Positions 35,710 through 44,985 of a stretch of 64,000 nt of DNA are shown in pieces (position 1 is the stretch's first letter; every line of letters starts with the position of its first letter). Made by a program: the position numbers and the translations under genes. The DNA is from an uncultured Anaeroplasmataceae bacterium (GTDB lineage: Bacteria > Bacillota_I > Bacilli_A > Acholeplasmatales > Anaeroplasmataceae). Below the pieces are notes generated by a model that was given only the letters and a program-made list of their open reading frames with translations, ran no database searches and was not told the DNA's origin. The stretch is from the NCBI GenBank assembly GCA_910579215.1, contig CAJTTN010000006.1:57376-121375 (forward strand), written 5' to 3'.

Positions 35710-35785
35710 TGGCGGTTCGGACGGGACTTGAACCCGCGATCTCCAGTGTGACAGACTAGCATGTTAACCACTACACCACCGAACC
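35710..35785 (-). tRNA. tRNA-Asp (anticodon GTC), CCA encoded
   Basis: The reverse complement is GGTTCGGTGGTGTAGTGGTTAACATGCTAGTCTGTCACACTGGAGATCGCGGGTTCAAGTCCCGTCCGAACCGCCA. Anticodon stem CTAGT/ACTGG with loop CTGTCAC, and T arm GCGGG-TTCAAGT-CCCGT. Confidence 0.92.
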
Positions 35786-35804
35786 ATATCTGTAACGCTT
35801 GATT

Positions 35805-35834
35805 ATTATATCACAAATATAGACAGAAAAACAA
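35805..35834 (-). promoter_or_regulatory. Sigma-A type promoter for the tRNA-Asp/tRNA-Arg unit
   Basis: Minus strand reads TTGTTT-18 nt-TGaTATAAT, about 20 nt upstream of the tRNA-Asp 5' end. Confidence 0.5.
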
Positions 35835-35894
35835 GTACTTTTTTTCTTTTTTTAAAAAGCGTATAATTAGAATCATAGGAAAAGAGGGATATTT

Positions 35895-36932
35895 ATGGAT
35901 ATGAATTATATTAGAGATATTGCTATGCAGTTGTTTCTTTGTGATTCTCCAACAGGATATAGTAAAGAGATTAATTTACTTTTACTAAAATTTCTTAATG
36001 AGCTTGGCTATCAAGCAGAATTAACTAATAAAGGAAATGTTAAACTATTCATAGAAGGAAGGAGTCATGAAAAGCGAATTGCCACTAGTGCTCATGTAGA
36101 TACCTTAGGTTTAATGGTACGTTCTATAAATGGAGATGGGACTCTAGCTATTACTAATGTTGGAGGACCTAGTATTCCAACATTAGATGGAGAATATTGT
36201 AAAATAGTAACCAGAGAAGGAAAAGTATTTACAGGAACAATTTTATGTAATAGTTCCTCTGTGCATGTGTATGAGGATGCAAAAAATAAGCCTAGAACGT
36301 TAGATTCTATGTTTATTAGAATAGATGAAAAAGTGCATTCTAAAGAGGATGTTAAAATTCTTGGAATTGAGCATGGAGATTATGTATGTATAGATCCTAA
36401 AATAGTTTTTACAGAGCAAGGCTTTTTAAAAAGTCGTTTTATTGATGATAAGGGAAGTGTATGTGCTATTTTAGGTGTATTAAAGGAACTTAAGGATAAG
36501 AGTATTTTACCTACCTATGATACCTATGTTTATTTTGTTAACCAAGAAGAAGTTGGACATGGGGCAGCAGCTGTTGATATAAGCATTGATGAATTTGTTA
36601 CAGTTGACATGGGATGTATTGGTAAGGATTTAGCCGGAAATGAATTTAATGTATCTATTTGTGCAAAGGATTCAGGAGGTCCCTATAGCTATGAATTAAC
36701 CTCAAAATTGATAAGCCTAGCTAAGGAGAATCATATTGGGTATGTAGTGGATATTTTTCCTTTCTACGGCTCTGATATTGGAGCTGCATGGAGAAGTGGA
36801 GTAGATTGTGCAGGCGCATTAATTGGACCTGGTGTGCATGCTAGTCATGGAATGGAACGTACACATTTAGATGCTATTGAAAATACAATGAAACTATTAT
36901 TTTTATATTTAACTACAAAAGGAGAAGCGTAA
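35895..36932 (+). CDS. M42 family metallo-aminopeptidase (glutamyl aminopeptidase/YsdC/FrvX-like)
   Basis: SAHVDTLGLMV, RFIDDKGSV and QEEVGHGAA metal-ligand blocks. 345 aa. Confidence 0.85.
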   Translation: MDMNYIRDIAMQLFLCDSPTGYSKEINLLLLKFLNELGYQAELTNKGNVKLFIEGRSHEKRIATSAHVDTLGLMVRSINGDGTLAITNVGGPSIPTLDGEYCKIVTREGKVFTGTILCNSSSVHVYEDAKNKPRTLDSMFIRIDEKVHSKEDVKILGIEHGDYVCIDPKIVFTEQGFLKSRFIDDKGSVCAILGVLKELKDKSILPTYDTYVYFVNQEEVGHGAAAVDISIDEFVTVDMGCIGKDLAGNEFNVSICAKDSGGPYSYELTSKLISLAKENHIGYVVDIFPFYGSDIGAAWRSGVDCAGALIGPGVHASHGMERTHLDAIENTMKLLFLYLTTKGEA

Positions 36933-37756
36933 TGAAACGAGTATTAACAATTCAAGATATTTCTTGTGTGGGACAATGTTCCTTAACAGTTGCCCTTCCT
37001 ATCATTTCATCCTTTGGTATTGAAACTGCGGTAATTCCTACGGCAGTTCTATCAACACATACTGCCTTTACAGGGTTCACGTTTGCTGATTTAACAGAAG
37101 AACTACCAAAGATAGAAAAGCATTGGGAAAAGGAAAAGATAAAATTTGATGGCTTTTATACGGGCTATATTGGTTCAATCCGACAAATTGAGTATATCAT
37201 TTCCATTATGAAACATTTAGGAAATGACAAAGCTTTAAAGGTTGTTGATCCATGCATGGCGGATCATGGAAAGCTTTATACTGGATTTTCTAAGGATTTT
37301 CCAAACTATATGCTTGCTCTATGCAAGGAGGCAGATGTCATTCTTCCTAACCTTACAGAACTATGCTTATTACTAGACCTACCTTACAAGGAATACTCAA
37401 AATTGGAGCTTGAGGGTATGGTAAAACAAATTAGTACTATCACAGGAGCCTCTGTCGTATTAACTGGAGTGAGCTTTAAGGAAGATGAATTAGGAGCAAT
37501 GACCTATGATAAAACAAAAGATGAATTAAGCTATTTTTTTACAGAACGAGTTCCAATGCTTTTTCATGGTACTGGGGATTGTTTTGCAAGTGCCTTTTTT
37601 GGAGCTGTACTCAAAGGGTACACCTTTGCAAAAGCGGCTGAAGTTGCTTGTACATTTACATATTTGTCTGTTAAAAATACTAGAGAGGATGCAAAGGAAC
37701 ATTGGTATGGTGTGCATTTTGAATCAGCTTTAGGCTATCTCAATAGTTTAACTTAA
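36932..37756 (+). CDS. pdxK: Pyridoxal/pyridoxamine kinase
   Basis: Ribokinase-fold PdxK/PdxY pattern: LTIQDISCVG, GYIGS, VVDPCMADHGKLY, ILPNLTE and GTGDCFASAF. Confidence 0.85.
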   Translation: MKRVLTIQDISCVGQCSLTVALPIISSFGIETAVIPTAVLSTHTAFTGFTFADLTEELPKIEKHWEKEKIKFDGFYTGYIGSIRQIEYIISIMKHLGNDKALKVVDPCMADHGKLYTGFSKDFPNYMLALCKEADVILPNLTELCLLLDLPYKEYSKLELEGMVKQISTITGASVVLTGVSFKEDELGAMTYDKTKDELSYFFTERVPMLFHGTGDCFASAFFGAVLKGYTFAKAAEVACTFTYLSVKNTREDAKEHWYGVHFESALGYLNSLT

Positions 37757-37774
37757 AATTATCGATTTTTATTG

Positions 37775-37801
37775 GGAAATTATTTATAATTTCCTTTTTT
37801 T
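37775..37801 (+). terminator. Rho-independent terminator
   Basis: Stem ggaaatta / taatttcc with a 4-nt loop and a T7 run. Confidence 0.65.
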
Positions 37802-37866
37802 ATTGTATAATAGATTTAGCATTATAATTATATATAATTTTAAAAAAGGAAAAGAGGTTGATTTTT

Positions 37867-39381
37867 ATGGAATTCCCAATACTTATTACAATTATAGTAG
37901 TGGCAGTAGTAATTTTTTTAGTGATTCTTTTCGCTTTATCTTATGTTAAGGCAGGTCCTGATACGGCAATTATGGTAACAGGAGCAGGAAAAAAGAAAAT
38001 TTTAATTGGTAAGGCGGGCTTTAGAATACCCTTTTTTCAAAGAACCGATTCCCTTTCTTTAAAAGCCTTTCAAGTAGATATTAAAACAGAGGAAGCCATT
38101 CCAACTAAGGAATTTATAAACATTAATGTAGATGGTGTAGCTAATTTAAAAATATCTTCTGATACGGAGATGCTAGAAAAGGCATTTGAATCTATTTTAA
38201 ATATGGCTGAATCTGAGCTTCAAAATCAGCTCCAGCAGGTATTGCAGGGAAACATGCGTGAAATTGTTGGTACAGTTGAAATTAAAGAGCTAGTAAGAGA
38301 TCGTCAAGGAGTTGCAAATAAGGTTAAGGAAAATGTTGTACCTGATATGGCTAAGCTTGGAATAGAGGTTGTAAACTTCAATATACAGTCCTTTTCAGAT
38401 GATAATAAGGTTATTGAAAATCTAGGTATAGATAATATTAGTCAAATTTCTAAGGATGCCTCAATAGCTAGAGCGAATGCTGAGCGAGATGTAGCTATTG
38501 CCTCAAGTGCAGCAAGTGAAGCAGCTAATAAAGCTAAAGTAGAATCTCAAATGAAGATTGTGCAGCAAAATACAGATTATGAGCTTCAGGCTGCAGCATT
38601 GAAGCAAAAATCAGATACGGCAAAGGCTGTTGCAGATGCTGCCTATGATATTGAAAAGCAGAAGCGTTTAGAACAGATTAATGTTGCCGAGGTGAACGCA
38701 AATATTGCTAAACGCGAAAGAGAAGTTGAGCTTGGAAATCGTGAAGTTGAATTAAAGGAAAAGAAGCTTCAGGCTGAGGTAAATAAGGTAGCAGATTCAA
38801 AAAAATATGCTGACCAAATGGCTGCAGAAGCGGATTTATTCACGCGTCAAAAGGCTGCAGAAGCAAAGAAATATGAATTAGAACAAGAAGCAGAAATGCA
38901 AAAGATAAAAGCAGAAGCAGATAAAATTGCAAGACAAAAATCAGCAGAGGCTTTTAAGATTCAAGCAGATTTAGAGGCTGCAGCGCAAATTGCGAGAGCA
39001 AACGCAGCTAAAGAAGCAGCTTTAGCTGAAGCCCAGGGAATAGAGGCTAAGGGTAAAGCAGAAGCGGATGCAATACGTGCTAAAGCAGAGGCTATGAAAC
39101 AATATGGAGAAGCTGCAACCTTACAGTTAATTTTAGATTCAGGTGTACTTCCTGAAATGGTTAAGGCTTATGCAGAACCAGTGGCTAGTGCAATGAGTAA
39201 GATAGATAGTATTACTATGTATGGAGAAGGAAATACAGCTAAGCTTACGGAGGAGATATCTAAAAATGGAACCCAAATTTTTGCAGGACTTGAAAAGGCA
39301 ACAGGACTAGATATAAAATCCTTACTTGCAGGTTTTTTGGGTGGTAAGCTGATAGAAAAAAGCAAATCTGACAAAGAATAA
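37867..39381 (+). CDS. floT: Flotillin (SPFH domain, FloT/YuaG-like)
   Basis: N-terminal membrane hairpin, SPFH core, and a ~200 aa Ala/Glu/Lys-rich flotillin coiled-coil (AEAKKYELEQEAEMQKIKAEADKIARQKSAEA...). About 505 aa. The start was taken at the ATG behind RBS aaagagg rather than the TTG at 37858. Confidence 0.88.
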   Translation: MEFPILITIIVVAVVIFLVILFALSYVKAGPDTAIMVTGAGKKKILIGKAGFRIPFFQRTDSLSLKAFQVDIKTEEAIPTKEFININVDGVANLKISSDTEMLEKAFESILNMAESELQNQLQQVLQGNMREIVGTVEIKELVRDRQGVANKVKENVVPDMAKLGIEVVNFNIQSFSDDNKVIENLGIDNISQISKDASIARANAERDVAIASSAASEAANKAKVESQMKIVQQNTDYELQAAALKQKSDTAKAVADAAYDIEKQKRLEQINVAEVNANIAKREREVELGNREVELKEKKLQAEVNKVADSKKYADQMAAEADLFTRQKAAEAKKYELEQEAEMQKIKAEADKIARQKSAEAFKIQADLEAAAQIARANAAKEAALAEAQGIEAKGKAEADAIRAKAEAMKQYGEAATLQLILDSGVLPEMVKAYAEPVASAMSKIDSITMYGEGNTAKLTEEISKNGTQIFAGLEKATGLDIKSLLAGFLGGKLIEKSKSDKE

Positions 39382-39390
39382 AATCAGTTG

Positions 39391-39416
39391 AGGAAGCCAT
39401 AACGCTTCCTTTTTGT
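39391..39416 (+). terminator. Rho-independent terminator
   Basis: Stem aggaagc / gcttcct with loop cataac, followed by ttttgtt. Confidence 0.7.
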
Positions 39417-39454
39417 TCCTTTAACGAGTATAGGTATTTATTATTAAGGAAAGG

Positions 39455-40549
39455 ATGAAGAATATGTTAAAATCGTTGATTTTGGAAAATGAAAATAAAA
39501 TAGAAACCTTTGATATCTCCTATTATGAGGCACAAAGGAATCATCCTGTAATGGCAGCTATTTCTGCCCTTGAGACAACCAATGAAATTCAAAAGTGCTA
39601 TTTTGATTTAGAGGACTCTAGTTTGGACTTTAATGCTTTAAAATTGTATGCCTTACTTCAAAGCCTATTTGTCTCTGTTGACTCCTTATATGCTTTATCC
39701 ATCTCCTTGACTAAGTCTAAAAATTTAATCAATATAAATAGAAATCCTGTATTAAGAGAATTAAAATACATAAGAAATGATGTGGTTGGACATCCTGCAA
39801 ACAGGATGTTTAATTCTACAACCTTGGCATATTGCATTTTAGATATAGAGAGTATAAATAAATATGAATTCTCATATAATATTTTTTCTGGACAAGGAAT
39901 AGAAAGAAAAAAAATAAATCTTACAGAGCTTGTAGAAAACTATTATATAGAATGTAATAGCTTTTTAGAGGAACTTCATCGTGTAGAAGTTAAAGAAAGA
40001 CAAACCTCAAATTTTTCTAAATTATCCTTGGAGGCATTAAATCTTTTTGATATGAGAGGAGATTACTATGCTTGCTTAGCTAAATTGAAAAAGTTATATT
40101 TAAAACATTATCCAACAGCGACGCCAAGTCAGCATAGGTTTTTATGGAGAATGGAGCTGATTGATGAGCTTAGAGACTTTTCCTACCAAGATTTTGATAT
40201 TCAGGATTTAAAAGAGTATGCCATAGGGCTGGAAATAATAAAAATATATCAGTCCTTTTCGGGGAAGGAATATTCTGTATTTTTAGGTAGACGAAAGCCA
40301 TCGCTAATCTCAGAATTTTACCGTTTTTTAAAGAAAAATAAAAAAAGCTTACCATTGATTGATAAAATTAATGATATAAAGCAGCCCTTATTAAAGGATT
40401 CCTTAAATCAGCTATTTCAATTAGCAAAAGAAAAGAATGCCCATGGGGTTATAAAGTATTTAAATTTTTTGAAAACATTATATGATAATAAGGAAGCTAC
40501 CTTATTATATGCCTTTGCTTTGCCACTCAAAGATTATAAAAATAAGTAA
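39455..40549 (+). CDS. Hypothetical all-helical protein with a HEPN-like Rx5H motif
   Basis: 364 aa with no TM segment. The motif LKYIRNDVVGHPANR (R107...H113, nt 39773-39793) follows a long helix (LKLYALLQSLFVSVDSLYALSISL). It is a monocistronic unit between two terminator/promoter regions. Confidence 0.5.
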   Translation: MKNMLKSLILENENKIETFDISYYEAQRNHPVMAAISALETTNEIQKCYFDLEDSSLDFNALKLYALLQSLFVSVDSLYALSISLTKSKNLININRNPVLRELKYIRNDVVGHPANRMFNSTTLAYCILDIESINKYEFSYNIFSGQGIERKKINLTELVENYYIECNSFLEELHRVEVKERQTSNFSKLSLEALNLFDMRGDYYACLAKLKKLYLKHYPTATPSQHRFLWRMELIDELRDFSYQDFDIQDLKEYAIGLEIIKIYQSFSGKEYSVFLGRRKPSLISEFYRFLKKNKKSLPLIDKINDIKQPLLKDSLNQLFQLAKEKNAHGVIKYLNFLKTLYDNKEATLLYAFALPLKDYKNK

Positions 40550-40613
40550 GATTTCTATAGATATATGCTTTATTTTGGTGTATAATTAGGTTTGTTTTGT
40601 TGGAGGTTATTTT

Positions 40614-42446
40614 ATGGATATAAGAAATATTGCAATTATAGCACACGTTGACCACGGAAAAACCACTTTAGTAGATAAGCTTTTGAGAAGCTCACACACC
40701 TTTAGAGATAATCAAGTGGTAGAAGAACGTGTAATGGATTCTAATGCTTTAGAGAAAGAGCGAGGAATTACCATTCTAGCAAAAAACACGGCAATTACCT
40801 ATAAGAATACAAAGATAAATATTTTAGATACTCCAGGACATGCTGATTTTTCTGGGGAAGTTGAACGAATCATGAAGATGGTTGATGGTGTTGTCTTAGT
40901 TGTAGATGCATATGAGGGGACTATGCCACAAACTAGATTTGTTCTAAAAAAAGCCTTTGAAGAACATTTAAAGCCTATTGTAGTTATTAACAAGGTGGAT
41001 AAACCCTCTGCTAGACCACTTGAGGTTATTGATGAGGTCTTAGAGCTATTTATAGATTTGGGATGTGATGTGGAAGAATTAGATTTTCCTGTTTGTTATG
41101 CCTCAGCAGTTAATAATACCTGTTCCTTATCCAGTGATTTGGCAACACAGACTAATGGGATGGAGCCATTGCTAGATATGATTATAAAATATATCCCTGC
41201 TCCTAATATGGATAAGGAAGCTCCTTTACAGCTCCAGCCTGCATTATTAGATTATACAGATTTTGTTGGACGTATAGGAATTGGTAGAATAGCTAGAGGA
41301 ACGATTCATACGGGAGAGGTTGTTTCATGTTGTCGTGTAGATGGCTCCATTAAATCCTTTCGCGTACAAAAGCTTTATGGATTTTTAGGGTTGGACCGTA
41401 TAGAAATCAAAGAAGCATCTGCTGGAGAAATAGTTGCTGTCTCTGGCTTGGGAGACATTTCTGTAGGAGAAACGATTTGTACGTTAGGGCAAGAAGAACC
41501 ACTAGAAAAAATACACATTTCTGAACCAACTGTACAAATGACCTTTGGAACAAATACCTCTCCTTTTTGTGGAAAAGATGGGAAAAATGTGACTGCAACC
41601 AAAATTGAAGAACGCCTTTTTCGTGAGGTTCAAAAGGATGTTTCCTTAAGAGTGAAACGTCTTGAGGCTTTAGAGGAATGGTTAGTATCTGGTAGGGGAG
41701 AGCTTCATTTAGGGATTTTAATAGAAACTATGAGAAGAGAGGGCTATGAGTTTCAGGTATCTAGACCACAGGTTATAATGAAAGAAATTGATGGAGTTCT
41801 TTGTGAACCTTATGAATATTGTGTGATAGATGTTCCTAATGAATCCGCAGGAGCTATCATTGAAATGATGGGAAATCGTCATGGAACTATGGAAACCATG
41901 AGTAATACAGAAACACAGACGAGATTGATTTATAAAATGCCGTCACGTGGATTGATAGGTTTTAATACAAATTTTATGACCTTGACAAAAGGCTATGGAA
42001 TAATCAATCATAGCTTTCTAGAGTATAGACCTGTTGAGTCTATTAATATTGCAGAACGACCTACAGGAGTTTTAGTATCTATGGCACAGGGACAATCTAC
42101 GGCCTATTCTATTGGGGCATTGGAGGATAGAGGCTCTATGTTTATTGCTCCAGGAGAAGAAATTTATGAAGGTATGATAGTTGGAGAGGCAAATAAGCCC
42201 CTAGATCTTGCTGTTAATGTTGTAAGAGCAAAACAGCAAACAAATACACGCTCCTCAAACAAGGATATGACAGTTGTATTGAAAACACCAAGAGTTCTTA
42301 CCCTAGAAGCATGCTTAGAGTTTATTAATGAAGATGAGCTTGTGGAAATCACACCTAAAAAAATAAGATTACGTAAAAAGATTTTAGATACGGTAGAACG
42401 CAAGAAATATGATGCGAAAATGAGAGCTTCTAAGGAAGAAAGTTAA
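40614..42446 (+). CDS. typA: Translational GTPase TypA/BipA
   Basis: G motifs AHVDHGKTTL, DTPGHADF and NKVD, with EF-G-like domains. 610 aa. Confidence 0.96.
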   Translation: MDIRNIAIIAHVDHGKTTLVDKLLRSSHTFRDNQVVEERVMDSNALEKERGITILAKNTAITYKNTKINILDTPGHADFSGEVERIMKMVDGVVLVVDAYEGTMPQTRFVLKKAFEEHLKPIVVINKVDKPSARPLEVIDEVLELFIDLGCDVEELDFPVCYASAVNNTCSLSSDLATQTNGMEPLLDMIIKYIPAPNMDKEAPLQLQPALLDYTDFVGRIGIGRIARGTIHTGEVVSCCRVDGSIKSFRVQKLYGFLGLDRIEIKEASAGEIVAVSGLGDISVGETICTLGQEEPLEKIHISEPTVQMTFGTNTSPFCGKDGKNVTATKIEERLFREVQKDVSLRVKRLEALEEWLVSGRGELHLGILIETMRREGYEFQVSRPQVIMKEIDGVLCEPYEYCVIDVPNESAGAIIEMMGNRHGTMETMSNTETQTRLIYKMPSRGLIGFNTNFMTLTKGYGIINHSFLEYRPVESINIAERPTGVLVSMAQGQSTAYSIGALEDRGSMFIAPGEEIYEGMIVGEANKPLDLAVNVVRAKQQTNTRSSNKDMTVVLKTPRVLTLEACLEFINEDELVEITPKKIRLRKKILDTVERKKYDAKMRASKEES

Positions 42447-42501
42447 ATTTTTCTTGTAATACATAAGAGTTTGATGTAGAATAGAATTGGAGGGAAAGGC
42501 T

Positions 42502-42831
42502 ATGGAAAAGAGAGACATTATAGTTGTAATTTTGTTAGGTCTATTTACCTGTGGTATCTATTCCATTTATTGGTTCTATGTAAATGCTGAAGCTTTAAAT
42601 AAAGAAGTAGAGGATGACGAGCCATTAATGAATTATATACTAGCTGTTCTATTAGGAATGGTAACTTGTGGCATCTTTATGCTATATTGGTTATATAAAT
42701 TCTATCTTAAAGTGGATAAATATACAGGTGAAAATAATGCCATTTTAAATTTCTTGCTAGGTATTATTGCTACACCTATTGTTGGAATGGCTATCGCACA
42801 AAATTCAATTAACAAAAAATTAGAAAATTAA
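42502..42831 (+). CDS. DUF4234 family membrane protein
   Basis: The repeated motif LFTCGIYSIYWFY / MVTCGIFMLYWLY is typical of DUF4234. The start was taken at the ATG behind RBS ggaggg. Confidence 0.7.
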   Translation: MEKRDIIVVILLGLFTCGIYSIYWFYVNAEALNKEVEDDEPLMNYILAVLLGMVTCGIFMLYWLYKFYLKVDKYTGENNAILNFLLGIIATPIVGMAIAQNSINKKLEN

Positions 42832-42837
42832 AAAAAA

Positions 42838-42875
42838 TTCACTTGCTTGGTTTGGCAAGTGAATTTGTTTCTTTT
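42838..42875 (+). terminator. Rho-independent terminator
   Basis: Stem ttcacttgc / gcaagtgaa followed by tttgtttcttttt. Confidence 0.7.
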
Positions 42876-42898
42876 TGGGGAAAGGAGGAGGTAAGGGT

Positions 42899-43330
42899 AT
42901 GAAAAAACCTTTATTAAACATAATGAGTTTTATTAGTAGATTTAATATTCCAATCTGTTTATTTGGACTTTATGTATTCCTTACACGTGCAATGGAAATT
43001 CAAAATTGTGTTATTAAGTGGATAATAGGATACCCTTGTCCAGGCTGTGGCATGACAAGAGCAGTCTTTTCCCTAATCCAATTTGATTTTATTCAAGCTT
43101 TTAGATATAACCCCTTTGTCTATCTTTTACCCTTTCTTTTTCTTGGTATAGCCTTTCAGCACATAGACTTTGTAAAAAAAATCATTTCAAACAAATGGTT
43201 GGCCATTGGTATAGCTTCCTTGATTTTAATTGCTTATATTTTACGTTTTGTATATATCTATCCTGCTCCCCCTATGGATTTTTATGAGCATAACTTACTT
43301 TCTTATATTTTAAAACTGTTTAGTTCTTAA
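42899..43330 (+). CDS. DUF2752 family membrane protein
   Basis: The CPGCGMTRA motif after the first TM helix is the DUF2752 hallmark. The start was taken at the ATG behind aaaggaggagg. Confidence 0.7.
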   Translation: MKKPLLNIMSFISRFNIPICLFGLYVFLTRAMEIQNCVIKWIIGYPCPGCGMTRAVFSLIQFDFIQAFRYNPFVYLLPFLFLGIAFQHIDFVKKIISNKWLAIGIASLILIAYILRFVYIYPAPPMDFYEHNLLSYILKLFSS

Positions 43331-43342
43331 TGTATTAAAACA

Positions 43343-43369
43343 GCCTGAATTTTTTCAGGCATTTTTTTC
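43343..43369. terminator. Shared (bidirectional) terminator hairpin between convergent genes
   Basis: Stem gcctgaa / ttcaggc with loop tttt and a T7 run on the + strand. It overlaps the pepT stop codon. Confidence 0.6.
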
Positions 43370-44572
43370 TATTTTAGCAATTTCTATTAAAATTTTTGTA
43401 ACTAGTTCCATTTCTTCTAAACAAGCAAACTCATAAGGACCATGACAATTATATCCGCCTGTTCCTAGATTGGGAGTTGGAAGTCCCATAAAGGTTAATC
43501 TTGCACCATCTGTTCCTCCACGAATAGGAGAAGTAGTAGGAGCAAGATTTAATCTTTCCATTGCCCTTTTTGCTTGTTCTACACAAACGGGATGCTTAGT
43601 TATAATATCAGACATATTTTTATAAGAATCTTTTATTGTTACAGATATTGTAGTTTTTCCATATTTTTGATTTAAATAGACTTCTGCCTCTTTTAAAAGT
43701 TTTTTCTTGGTTTCTAATAAGGATTTATTATGATCTCTTATAATATAGTGTAATGTAGCTTCCCCAACAGCTCCCTCTATATTTGTTAGATGGATGAAAC
43801 CTTCATAGCCTTCTGTATATTCAGGCTTTTGTTCCTTAGGGAGCATGGAGGCAAATTCCATTGCTATTTCGCTTGCATTTTTCATTTGATTTTTTGCGGA
43901 ACCAGGATGAATATCTAAGCCTTTTATTTTGACAGTTGCCGAAGCTGCATTAAAGTTTTCATAATTTATATCATGATATGCTCCTCCATCTACTGTATAA
44001 GCATAGGAGCAAGGAAATTTGGATAGATCAAAATGCTCAATTCCACTCCCTATTTCCTCATCAGGTGTAAAGGCTACATGAATTTCAGCATGGGGAGCTT
44101 CTGTAGTGGTATAATACCAAAGCATAGTCATTATACACGCAATTCCAGCCTTATCATCAGCTCCAAGAACAGTGGTTCCATCTGTAGTGATTAAAGTTTT
44201 CCCCTTTAATGTCTTTAAAACAGGAAATTGCCTTGGGTTTAATTCAATAGAGTTTAAGGAAATTGTTTTTCCATCATAATCGTTAATTACCTGTGGATTA
44301 ACATTTGTGCCACTGAAGTCAGGGATTGTATCCATATGAGCAATAAAGCCTATGGCGTCACTAGTGTCCTTCGTATTTGCAGGTAGTGTAGCATAAACAA
44401 AGCAATCCTTAGATAGGTAGACATCCTTTAGTCCTAGCTCTTTTAGTTCTTCACATAAAATTTCTGCCAATTGAAATTGCTTTTCTGTGGAGGGAGTTTT
44501 TGCTATACTATCATCTGACATAGTATCTATTTTTACATATTTTAAAAAATTATGGAGTAATTTAGTTTTCAT
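43355..44572 (-). CDS. pepT: Peptidase T (tripeptide aminopeptidase, M20B)
   Basis: LLHNFLKYVKIDTMSD, IAHMDT, LGADDKAG, FTPDEEIG and IRGGTDGA blocks. 405 aa. Confidence 0.93.
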   Translation of the reverse strand: MKTKLLHNFLKYVKIDTMSDDSIAKTPSTEKQFQLAEILCEELKELGLKDVYLSKDCFVYATLPANTKDTSDAIGFIAHMDTIPDFSGTNVNPQVINDYDGKTISLNSIELNPRQFPVLKTLKGKTLITTDGTTVLGADDKAGIACIMTMLWYYTTTEAPHAEIHVAFTPDEEIGSGIEHFDLSKFPCSYAYTVDGGAYHDINYENFNAASATVKIKGLDIHPGSAKNQMKNASEIAMEFASMLPKEQKPEYTEGYEGFIHLTNIEGAVGEATLHYIIRDHNKSLLETKKKLLKEAEVYLNQKYGKTTISVTIKDSYKNMSDIITKHPVCVEQAKRAMERLNLAPTTSPIRGGTDGARLTFMGLPTPNLGTGGYNCHGPYEFACLEEMELVTKILIEIAKIEKNA

Positions 44573-44663
44573 AAACGTTCCGCCTTTCTATAAGATATTA
44601 TAACGCAATCCTTTAAAATTTTCACTAAATCATGGTAAATTTAACCAAAAAATAAGAAAATTC

Positions 44664-44692
44664 TTGCCTGTTTACAATTTCTGCGTTATAAT
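44664..44692 (+). promoter_or_regulatory. Sigma-A type promoter of the cold-shock gene
   Basis: TTGCCT-17 nt-TATAAT. Confidence 0.5.
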
Positions 44693-44724
44693 CTATATGT
44701 AGAAAAGTTTGAAAGGAGTCTCTG

Positions 44725-44922
44725 ATGAAGGGTAAAGTTAAATGGTTTAATGCTGAAAAAGGCTACGGCTTCATTGTATCTGAAGAAGGCAAAGAAGTTT
44801 TTGTTCACTTTAGTTCAATCTGTGCTGATGGTTATAAAACATTAAATGAAGGCGAAGAAGTTACCTTTGACGTAGTTGAAGGTGAAAAGGGTCAGTTAGC
44901 AAAGGAAGTTTATAAAGCTTAG
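44725..44922 (+). CDS. Cold-shock protein (CspA family)
   Basis: [15 protein letters not shown] (RNP1) and VFVHFS (RNP2). 65 aa. Confidence 0.97.
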   Translation: MKGKVKWFNAEKGYGFIVSEEGKEVFVHFSSICADGYKTLNEGEEVTFDVVEGEKGQLAKEVYKA

Positions 44923-44929
44923 TCATCCT

Positions 44930-44960
44930 AAGGAGATTTTAGTATCTCCTTTTCTTTTTT
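44930..44960 (+). terminator. Rho-independent terminator
   Basis: Stem aaggagat / atctcctt followed by ttctttttt. Confidence 0.75.
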
Positions 44961-44985
44961 CTTCATATTATATATTGGTGATAAA

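Noticed and set aside
33435-35894. ibrAB plus tRNAs as a tRNA-integrated genomic island.
   Set aside because: No integrase is present, and no direct repeat of the tRNA-Arg 3' end is visible near 33435-33570. The cassette may still be accessory, but an integrative element cannot be supported.
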